Of a stretch of 64,000 bases of DNA, positions 20,176 to 27,814 are shown piece after piece. Origin of the DNA: Polyangiales bacterium (GTDB taxonomy: Bacteria > Myxococcota_A > Polyangia > Polyangiales > Ga0077539); the NCBI GenBank assembly GCA_041389885.1, contig JAWKRB010000006.1, forward strand, positions 131,101-195,100, given 5' to 3'. A program made the translations under genes and the position numbers. The stretch's first letter is position 1; the number at the start of each line of letters is the position of its first letter. Below the pieces are notes generated by a model, which saw only the letters and a list, made by a program, of their open reading frames with translations, was not told where the DNA came from and did no database searches.

Positions 20176-20796
20176 ATGGCTCTCCAGCTCGTCTTCGTTC
20201 GACACGGCGAATCCGAAGGCAACCGCGCCGGCGCCTTCACCGGCCACTCTGCCTCGCCCCTCACGGCGCGCGGCAGGGCGCAGGCCGAGGCGGTGGCGCG
20301 CGCGCTTGGCGACGACGGCGTGAGCGCGCTCTACGCCAGCGACCTCCGGCGCGCGGTCGAGACGGCGTCCCCGCTCGCGGCCCTCACCGGGCTGGGGCTC
20401 GTCACGCGCCGCGACCTGCGCGAGCGGGACATGGGCGAGTGGGTCGGGAGGACCTTCGCCGACATCGAGGCCAACGCGCCCGAAGACTGGCGGCGCCTGC
20501 GCGCGCGCGACCTGGACCACCGCCCGCCCGGCGCGGAGACGCACCGCGAGTGCGCCGCGAGGGTCGGCGCCGCCCTCGATGAGATCGTCGCGTCGCACGA
20601 CGAGGGCTCGGTGGTGCTCGTGTCGCACGGGGTGGCGATTCACCACATGCTGCGGCACCTTCTCCGAGTGTCCGACGAGCGCACGCTCTTTCACGTCGAG
20701 AACTGCGCGGTGCAGCGGCTCTCGCGGAGCGCGTCGGGCACGGTTCGCGTGCTCGCCCTGAACGACGCGCGGCACCTGCGCGCGCTTGAGGTGTGA
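20176..20796 (+). CDS. histidine phosphatase family protein (phosphoglycerate-mutase-like)
   Basis: RHGESEGN catalytic motif and SDLRRA, with a LVSHG...H catalytic histidine near the C-terminus. Confidence 0.75.
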   Translation: MALQLVFVRHGESEGNRAGAFTGHSASPLTARGRAQAEAVARALGDDGVSALYASDLRRAVETASPLAALTGLGLVTRRDLRERDMGEWVGRTFADIEANAPEDWRRLRARDLDHRPPGAETHRECAARVGAALDEIVASHDEGSVVLVSHGVAIHHMLRHLLRVSDERTLFHVENCAVQRLSRSASGTVRVLALNDARHLRALEV

Positions 20797-22019
20797 TGAT
20801 GGCTGCTTCGCTTCGACCGCTCCTCCCGCTCGCGCTGCTCGCCGCGTGCGCGCCCGACCTCGTGGCCATCCCCGCGGAGGGCGGCGCGGGGGACGCGACG
20901 GCGCAGGCTGACGTCGCCTCTTCGACGGACGCCGCGACGACCACAGACGCGACCGCGCCCGCCGACGTGGTGACGGCGCCGCCCGACGTGCAGACGACGC
21001 CGCCCGACGTGGTGACGACGGCGCCCGACGTGGTGACCGCGCCGCCCGACGTGGTGACCGCGCCCGACGTGGCGACCGCGCCGCCCGACGTGGTGACGGC
21101 GCCGCCCGATGCGTCGGTGGGGCCGGTCTTCAACTACGCCGCGAGCGGCCCGAACGCGGTCGAGGTCTGGAACGGCCCCGTCCCGGGCACGGAGGGCAAC
21201 GCCCGGGTGTTCTATCCCCGCGGGGGCGGGGGGGCGCGCTTTCCCCTCGTGGTCTTCGCCCATGGATTTCAGCTCAACGTCAGCAACTTCGACGTGCTCC
21301 TGCGGCACGTCGCCGCGTGGGGGTACGTCGTCGCCTCGGTCGACTACCCCGGCACGATCCTCGGGACCGACCACCGCGACGTGGCCTCCGCGATCCGCGC
21401 CGCGCGCGCGTCCTTCGCGATGGGGCGGGTGAGCGGGTTCCCCGCGGCGGCCTCCGTCGACGCCGCGCGCGCCGTCGCGATGGGTCACTCCCTCGGAGGC
21501 AAGGCGGCGATCATGGCGATCCTCGACGACGCCGCCTTCGTCGCGGGCGTCGCCCTCGACCCCGTCGACGACAACGCCGTCGGCCGCGTCGACGACGCGC
21601 ACCCCAGCGTCGCCCCCGAGCGCATGGGCGCGCTCCGGGTGCCGCTGGCGCTCTTCGGCGCGTCGCAGTCCCGCTGCGGATTCCTCGGGCAGTCCTGCGC
21701 GCCCGAGGCGTCGAACTGGCAGACCTTCGCGCGCTCGGCGCCCTCCGGCGCGCGGGTGGCGACGTATCCCCTGCTGCGCTTCGGCCACAACGATTTCGTC
21801 GACACGAGCTGCGGGTTGCCCTGCCTCGCCTGCGCCCGCGGCGCCGCCCCGCTGACCACGCGAGAGCTCGCCGTGCGCGCGCTCACGGTGGGCTTTCTCG
21901 AGCGATACACCAAGGACGTCCGCTCGGCTCAGGCCTACGTCGACGGCGCGGTGCGCGACTCGCTCGTGTCCACCGGCGTGCTGTGGGACGGGAGCGCTCC
22001 GCTCCCGCCCTGCAACTGA
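20793..22019 (+). CDS. secreted alpha/beta-hydrolase lipoprotein (chlorophyllase / PET-hydrolase-like fold) with N-terminal (A/T)PPDVVT repeats
   Basis: Lipoprotein signal LLPLALLAAC. Eight or nine tandem APPDV(V/Q)T repeats. Hydrolase core with nucleophile elbow GHSLGG. Four Cys in the C-terminal part are consistent with disulfides. Confidence 0.65.
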   Translation: MMMAASLRPLLPLALLAACAPDLVAIPAEGGAGDATAQADVASSTDAATTTDATAPADVVTAPPDVQTTPPDVVTTAPDVVTAPPDVVTAPDVATAPPDVVTAPPDASVGPVFNYAASGPNAVEVWNGPVPGTEGNARVFYPRGGGGARFPLVVFAHGFQLNVSNFDVLLRHVAAWGYVVASVDYPGTILGTDHRDVASAIRAARASFAMGRVSGFPAAASVDAARAVAMGHSLGGKAAIMAILDDAAFVAGVALDPVDDNAVGRVDDAHPSVAPERMGALRVPLALFGASQSRCGFLGQSCAPEASNWQTFARSAPSGARVATYPLLRFGHNDFVDTSCGLPCLACARGAAPLTTRELAVRALTVGFLERYTKDVRSAQAYVDGAVRDSLVSTGVLWDGSAPLPPCN

Positions 22020-22023
22020 TCGC

Positions 22024-22518
22024 TCAGGCCGGCGCGGTGCGCGCCGCTCCGTCGACGGTCACCGAGCGATCGACGAGCACCCGGCCCGCGGTGATCGTGA
22101 CCTGGTAGGCCGGGAGGTTGCGCTGCGCCTCGCCCGAGATGCGCGCGCCGTTCTGCACGTTGAACACGCTGGCGTGGCAGGGGCAGCTCAACACCGGGAT
22201 CGCGCCGTTCGCGCTGACCACGCCGGGCGCGGTGGCGACGCAGGCGCTCCCCGCCATCGTCACGGTGCAGCCCTGGTGGGTGCACACCGCGCTGAGGGCG
22301 TAGTACCCGGCGTCGTCGCGACCGACGATGAGGTTCTGCGCGCACAGGAGCTTCCAAGTGCGCGCCGACCAGTCGCTCGCGGGGCCGACGTCGGTGGGGC
22401 CCGACGCGGCGGGAGTCTCACCGCCGCAGCCGGGCGCGCCCACCGCGCTGACCGCGCCCGCGACGCCCACGACCTCGAGGAAGGTTCGCCTGCGGAATGC
22501 CTGCTTTTCGTTCGCCAT
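22024..22518 (-). CDS. Tat-exported Rieske [2Fe-2S] domain protein
   Basis: Twin-arginine motif RRRTFLEVVGVAGAV. Rieske boxes CTHQGC and CPCHAS. Confidence 0.7.
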   Translation of the reverse strand: MANEKQAFRRRTFLEVVGVAGAVSAVGAPGCGGETPAASGPTDVGPASDWSARTWKLLCAQNLIVGRDDAGYYALSAVCTHQGCTVTMAGSACVATAPGVVSANGAIPVLSCPCHASVFNVQNGARISGEAQRNLPAYQVTITAGRVLVDRSVTVDGAARTAPA

Positions 22519-22609
22519 CGAGTAGGGGCCCTTCTTGATCATTTCATGGAACGGTGGTGTTCATCCCTCGCCGCGGCGAGGGCCGCGACCGAAGGGAGCG
22601 GACTATAGG

Positions 22610-23701
22610 ATGCGCGCGCGCGTTGGAGTGATTCAGTTGCTGATGGGCCTGGCGGGGTGTCAGGCGATGGGTGGCCTCAACGCTCGGGGGGGCATCTCGG
22701 GTTCGTGCAGCGGCGACCTGGGCGCCACCGCTGGCGCGCAGAAGGTCGAGGCCTTCATCGCGTCGGCGTCGGCGTTTCACCAGTCCGCCATGGAGCTGAA
22801 CAACAGCCTCCGCGACGGTTGTATGCAGATCGGCACGGCCCTGGAGATCCCCGCGACCGAGCTCACGGGCGGCGAGGGGCCTGAGGGCACCCGCAGCGTC
22901 TGCGAGCGCGCGGCGCGTGGCTTGCGCGAGGAGATGACCGCCCTCCGCGGCTCCGCGAACCTCACGCTGCGCATGGACGTGCAGCCGCCCCGCTGCGAGA
23001 TCAGCGTCGACGCGTACGGGCGCTGCGCCGGCGAGTGCGACGTGTCGTACCGACCCGGCAGCGCCGAGGTGCAGTGCGAGGGCGGCGAGCTCCGCGGCGG
23101 CTGCTCCGCGCAGTGCACGGGCAGCTGCTCGGTGGAGGTCAACGGCGCGTGCGGCGGCGTGTGTGAGGGCGAGTGCTCGGCCACCGACGCGCAGGGGCGC
23201 TGCACCGGCACCTGCCGAGGGCGATGCGTGGCCCAGGCGACCGGGACCTGCGCCGGCGAGTGCCGCGGGGGATGCAGCGTGGCCTTCACTGAGCCCCGGT
23301 GCACCGGACGGGTGGTCCCGCCGCAGGTGAACGCCGACTGCCGTGCGGCCTGCGACGCGCGCTTGAACGCGCAGGCGAGCTGCCAGCCGGGCCGCGCCGT
23401 GTTGGCCATCGACGGCAACGTCTCGTCCGACCTCGAGGCGCGCGTGCGCCGCGTGCGCGCGGCCCTCGGCAGCGGGTACGGCGCCGTGATGACCGTGCGC
23501 GAGCGCGTCGAGCGCACCGCCCGCACCGGCGAGACCCTGGCGCGCGCCATCGCGCAGCTCCCGTCTGCGGCGCAGCAGATCGGCGTCGCCGCCGGACTCT
23601 GCGCGGCCTCGTCGGTGGCGGCCGTCGGTCAGGCCGTGGCCAGCGTGAACGTCAGCGTGCAGGTGAGCGTGCAGGTCAGCGCGTCGGCGCAGGTGAACTG
23701 A
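22610..23701 (+). CDS. cysteine-rich lipoprotein, hypothetical
   Basis: Lipobox LLMGLAGC. Central region has about 30 Cys in CxGxC / CxxxC spacings. Ala/Val-rich tail. Confidence 0.5.
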   Translation: MRARVGVIQLLMGLAGCQAMGGLNARGGISGSCSGDLGATAGAQKVEAFIASASAFHQSAMELNNSLRDGCMQIGTALEIPATELTGGEGPEGTRSVCERAARGLREEMTALRGSANLTLRMDVQPPRCEISVDAYGRCAGECDVSYRPGSAEVQCEGGELRGGCSAQCTGSCSVEVNGACGGVCEGECSATDAQGRCTGTCRGRCVAQATGTCAGECRGGCSVAFTEPRCTGRVVPPQVNADCRAACDARLNAQASCQPGRAVLAIDGNVSSDLEARVRRVRAALGSGYGAVMTVRERVERTARTGETLARAIAQLPSAAQQIGVAAGLCAASSVAAVGQAVASVNVSVQVSVQVSASAQVN

Positions 23702-24449
23702 TCGCCCCCGTGATCACGTCGTCGTCGCGCCCGATCGGGGTGACGTCGATGGCGTGATCGCCCTCTCGCACACGCTCATCGGCGCTGACCACCACGGTCA
23801 CGGTGTCGGCCCCGGCGGGGATGAGCCCCGCCCGAAGCCCCGCCGCGGGGAGGTCGAAGCCACCCGGCGCGCGGGGGACCACGCACATCAGCATCCAGCC
23901 CTCGCCGGCGGCCTGCGCGCCGCGGGTCGCCTGCAGCACGATCATCACGCTGTTGCTGTCACCCCCCTGCCACTGCACCCGCAGGGGTCGCTCCGGCGTG
24001 AGGGAGAAGCCTCGCGTCGGCGCCACGGCGCGCACCGCCTGGGGCACGCGCGCGGGGGTGTGAAAGCGCCGCGCGGGGACGCCCTCGCTCCCGGCGACCT
24101 GCGCTGAGACGGGCGTGCCCGCGGGGATCACCGCGCGCACCGCGGCCTGGTAGACGCCCTCGGCGCGGCGGTCGGCGTGGCCGAGCACGGCGCCGTTGAC
24201 GACGAAGGCCTCGACCCGTCCTCCCTCGAGGGACGGGGGCTCGCGCCCGTCGCGCAGGCGGAGCCCGAGGCACTCGCGGTCGCGGTAGGCGAGGTCGGTC
24301 TCGGCGTAGAAGTTGGCGCCGATGGCGGTGAGCTCGCTGGAGGTCGAGACGCCCACGAGGTAGTGAGGGGCGAGGGCGGCGGGCGGGTCGCCGCGGCGGC
24401 AGGCGGCGAGGGCCAGCGCGGCGGCGAAGACGTGGGCGTGTCGCGGCAT
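23676..24449 (-). CDS. lipoprotein, hypothetical
   Basis: Signal FAAALALAAC. No recognisable domain. Overlaps the 3' end of the convergent gene by about 26 nt. Confidence 0.4.
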   Translation of the reverse strand: MPRHAHVFAAALALAACRRGDPPAALAPHYLVGVSTSSELTAIGANFYAETDLAYRDRECLGLRLRDGREPPSLEGGRVEAFVVNGAVLGHADRRAEGVYQAAVRAVIPAGTPVSAQVAGSEGVPARRFHTPARVPQAVRAVAPTRGFSLTPERPLRVQWQGGDSNSVMIVLQATRGAQAAGEGWMLMCVVPRAPGGFDLPAAGLRAGLIPAGADTVTVVVSADERVREGDHAIDVTPIGRDDDVITGAISSPAPTR

Positions 24450-24573
24450 CGCCGGGACCATATCGCGACGGCGGCGATTTCTGGCGCGCTCGGCGCGAGG
24501 AGCCCGCGGCTCCGCTTGATCCCCTCGGGCGGGGATTTCCGCAACGGTCAGGGATGGACTACGTTCTCGCTCC

Positions 24574-25026
24574 GTGGCGTCTCAACGATCGGTCCCCGGC
24601 ATCGGCGTCGCGCTCCGCGCGCGAAGGGGCCTGGGCGACCAGCGGGGCCTCTCGACCACCGAGTACGTCATCATCCTCATCTGCATCGCGGTGATGGGCA
24701 TCGCCGCGTGGCGAGGCTTCGGCAGCTCCGCGCGCACCCACACCGCGCGGGCCTCGGGCGAGGTCGCCGGCCTCGAGGCGACGCCCGGAGCGGGCGGGCC
24801 GACCGGCCCTCGCGGCGGCGGGATCCGCGTGGCCCGCACGTCGTCGAGCGCGCTCGACGAGGCCACCGCAGACGCGACGCCGCCCCCCGCCGAGGACGAG
24901 GGGTGGGTGACCCCGGCCTTCGTGCTGGGCTTCGGCGCCGTGGTCGTGCTCGCCGTGATCGCGAGGAACTTTCGGTCCCGCGGCGGCGGGGCGGAGGGCA
25001 AGGGCGGCGGCGGCGCGGCGGCGTGA
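24574..25026 (+). CDS. TadE/Flp-like prepilin-motif membrane protein (G/LSTTEY class-III prepilin peptidase-type site)
   Basis: RG-LSTTEY-VIILICIAVMGIAAW matches the G/xxxxEY Flp-TadE processing motif followed by a hydrophobic helix. There is a second hydrophobic segment near the C-terminus. Confidence 0.4.
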   Translation: MASQRSVPGIGVALRARRGLGDQRGLSTTEYVIILICIAVMGIAAWRGFGSSARTHTARASGEVAGLEATPGAGGPTGPRGGGIRVARTSSSALDEATADATPPPAEDEGWVTPAFVLGFGAVVVLAVIARNFRSRGGGAEGKGGGGAAA

Positions 25027-25038
25027 CCTACCCCTCTC

Positions 25039-26247
25039 GTGCTAAGAGAGCCGGTTGGAGGTATCGCGTTGCTTCGTAGAACCGTCACTCTGCTCCCCGC
25101 GCTCGGTCTCGCGTGCTCGGCCACGGGCGGTCCGCCCACGTTCACCACCGGGACCCTCGACGCCGGCGCGACGGTCATGGAGCAGCCCGATGGCTGGGTG
25201 GTCGCGCGCGACGCGATCCCCATCGCAGACCGGGGCTCAACGACGCTGACCCCCGACGCCGCCTGCATGACGAACACGGCCGACGGGCAGCGCGTCCCTA
25301 CGAACCTGATGATCCTGCTCGATCGATCGGGTTCGATGAACAACCGCGACGACCGCAACCCCTCGGCCCCGACGAAGTGGGACGCGGCGGTCGCCGGCCT
25401 CACGTCGCTCTTGAACCGACTGAGCGACAACGCCCGCGTGGGGATCACGTTCTTTCCCACCACGCGCAACGCGTCTGACATCGCGAGCTACGAGACGCCC
25501 GCGGTCCCCGTGGCGGCGCTGCGCACCAACCGGGCGGCGCTCCTCGGCGCGCTGCGCGGCGCGTCGCCCGGCGGCAACACGCCCATGGTGTGCGGCTTCG
25601 GCGGTGTGCAGCGGTACTTTCAGGGGTACATGGCCGACGGCACGCGCAACGTGATCCTGATCACCGACGGCGTGCCGACGGAGGAGTGCGGCACCGACCT
25701 CCCGCAGTGCAGCCTGCTCCCGCCCGACTTCGCGTGCCTGCTCGGGCGCGAGCCGCTGATTCAGAACCAGGTGCGCGTCGCGGTCGCGCGCACCGCGATG
25801 TCGACCCCTCCCATCAAGGTCTACATCGCCGGCACCCCCGAGGCGTCTGACACCTTCCTCTCCGACCTCGCCGTCATCGGGAACACGCCCCGCACGCCCG
25901 ACTGCCGCAGCTCGCAGAGCTGCCACTACCGGCTCCAGACCGCGAGCTTCGAGGCCGACCTCACGATGGCGCTGCAGGACATCGAGAGCCGCGCGCTCAC
26001 CTGCGAGTTCCAGGTCGACGCCGACCCGACGCGGGTCGACCCCGACCGGGTGAACGTGAACATCCAGGGCACCGGCATGTCGTCTCCCCGCGTCATCCCC
26101 CGCGACGTCGACCACCGCGAGGGCTGGGACTACACCGAGGGGCGGCGCTCCATCGTGGTCTACGGCGCGGCGTGCGAGCAGATCCGCACCGACGCCCAGG
26201 TGCGGGTGCAGATCCTCTTCGGCTGCCCGACGCTCACGCCCGGCTGA
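25039..26247 (+). CDS. von Willebrand factor A (vWA) domain lipoprotein
   Basis: Lipobox LLPALGLAC. MIDAS motif LMILLDRSGSM ... ILITDG. Confidence 0.7.
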   Translation: MLREPVGGIALLRRTVTLLPALGLACSATGGPPTFTTGTLDAGATVMEQPDGWVVARDAIPIADRGSTTLTPDAACMTNTADGQRVPTNLMILLDRSGSMNNRDDRNPSAPTKWDAAVAGLTSLLNRLSDNARVGITFFPTTRNASDIASYETPAVPVAALRTNRAALLGALRGASPGGNTPMVCGFGGVQRYFQGYMADGTRNVILITDGVPTEECGTDLPQCSLLPPDFACLLGREPLIQNQVRVAVARTAMSTPPIKVYIAGTPEASDTFLSDLAVIGNTPRTPDCRSSQSCHYRLQTASFEADLTMALQDIESRALTCEFQVDADPTRVDPDRVNVNIQGTGMSSPRVIPRDVDHREGWDYTEGRRSIVVYGAACEQIRTDAQVRVQILFGCPTLTPG

Positions 26248-26251
26248 GCCC

Positions 26252-27814
26252 TCATCGAGCGCAGACCCGGGTCCACCCTGGCAGCGACGGCGCCCAGCGC
26301 CAGCCCGGCACCTCGGCGAGCCCCCCCCACGCCTCCGTGCGCGCGCGGGCCGTGGGCGCGCCCCCGCCGCAGCGGGCGAGCTGGGCGAGGGGGGGCTCCA
26401 TCACCCCCACCACCTCGGGCGCCGCGAGGGCGGGCTCGAGCTCGGGGCACCCGCGGGCGTCGAAGCGCAGCACGCCGCGGCCGCTGGCGGCGGAGGTGCG
26501 CCCGTCGAGGGACGAGATGCGCACCCGTTCGTCGTAGTCGTACCGGAGCTGCGCCTCGACCACCGCGACGGTCGGCGTCACCCCTGAGGCGCAGCAGCCT
26601 CCCGCGCAGAGCGCTCGCAGCAACCGGTCGGTCTCGGGGCCGCGTCGCGCCGCCCGCCCGAGGATCATCTCCCGGTCCCAGCCCCCGCGGATCTGCGTGA
26701 TGTCGCGCATGCGCGCGGCGGTCTCCCCGGCGCAGAGCAGCGCGTGCACCGCGGCGAGCAGCGCCACCGCCGCGAGGCGAGTTCGCCCCGCCTCGCCCCA
26801 GCGAAGCGCCCGGTCGACGCCCCGGGCGAGCAGCACCGCGAGCAGGGCGAAGAGCCACTGCGTCAGGCGCCCCACGTGCGCCGCGCCGGTGCCGAAGGTG
26901 TAGAGCGCCAGGCCCAGCGCGAAGAGGCTCACGGCGGCGCGGCGAATCACCCGGCCCTCGTCGGTCGGGGGCGTCTCGCCCGCGCCCGCCGCGGCGAGGA
27001 GCGTGATCGGGAGGTACACCACGAAGCGAGACGCCGCGCTGAGGTACACCCAGAGCGGCCCCGCGAGGTGGAGCGAGAGGGGCTCGCGGCGCACCGCCAT
27101 GAGCCGGCTCACCCCAGAGCCCGGAACGACGTGGCCCGTGACCCGCCAGTGCACCCACACCGACGGCGCGTAGACCGCCAGCGCGGCGAGGGAGACGCGG
27201 AGGAGCGAGCGCAGGGCGGCGCCGCGGTCGGGGCCGTCTCGGAGCGCGAGGAGCGGCAGCGCGCCCAGCAGCACGCCCTCAGGCCGCAGCGTCGCGGCGA
27301 CGCCGATGAGCACGCCGAGGGCCAGGTCGCGCCGCGTCGACGCCGGGCGCGCGGCGAGGGCCACCGCGCCCAGCGCGGCGAGCACGTGGACGATGTTCTC
27401 CATCCCCAGCAGCGCGTTGTAGGTGATCGCGGGGAGCGCGGCGAAGACCAGCCCCGCGAGGGTCGCGGCGGGGCGGGACGCGCCGGTCTTGAGCGCGAGA
27501 TGTCGCACCATGACCCCGCTCGCGACGAGGGCCGCGAGGTCCACCGCGGGGATCACCCACACGAGCAGGGACATCGAGCCGAGGCGCAGCAGCGTCGACT
27601 CGAGCAGGGTCCACGCGAAGGACGTGCTCCCCGACGCGACCTCGCCGGGGTTGAACTCGAACCAGTGCCCCGCCGCCGCGCGCTCGGCGATCGAGAGGTG
27701 AATGATCGCGTCGCCGCTGAAGTGCCCCAGGCGCGGGGCGGCGTTCACCACGAAGAGCGCGGCGAGGAGGGCTGAAGCCACGCGCAGCGCGCGCGCTCGG
27801 AGCGCGTCGTTCAT
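26252..27814 (-). CDS. polytopic inner-membrane protein, possibly a GT-C-type glycosyltransferase (DUF2029-like)
   Basis: About 520 aa with at least 10 predicted TM helices. Its ATG overlaps the upstream gene stop (ATGA). The 5' two-thirds of track ORF 26252..29272 is antisense junk. Confidence 0.5.
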   Translation of the reverse strand: MNDALRARALRVASALLAALFVVNAAPRLGHFSGDAIIHLSIAERAAAGHWFEFNPGEVASGSTSFAWTLLESTLLRLGSMSLLVWVIPAVDLAALVASGVMVRHLALKTGASRPAATLAGLVFAALPAITYNALLGMENIVHVLAALGAVALAARPASTRRDLALGVLIGVAATLRPEGVLLGALPLLALRDGPDRGAALRSLLRVSLAALAVYAPSVWVHWRVTGHVVPGSGVSRLMAVRREPLSLHLAGPLWVYLSAASRFVVYLPITLLAAAGAGETPPTDEGRVIRRAAVSLFALGLALYTFGTGAAHVGRLTQWLFALLAVLLARGVDRALRWGEAGRTRLAAVALLAAVHALLCAGETAARMRDITQIRGGWDREMILGRAARRGPETDRLLRALCAGGCCASGVTPTVAVVEAQLRYDYDERVRISSLDGRTSAASGRGVLRFDARGCPELEPALAAPEVVGVMEPPLAQLARCGGGAPTARARTEAWGGLAEVPGWRWAPSLPGWTRVCAR

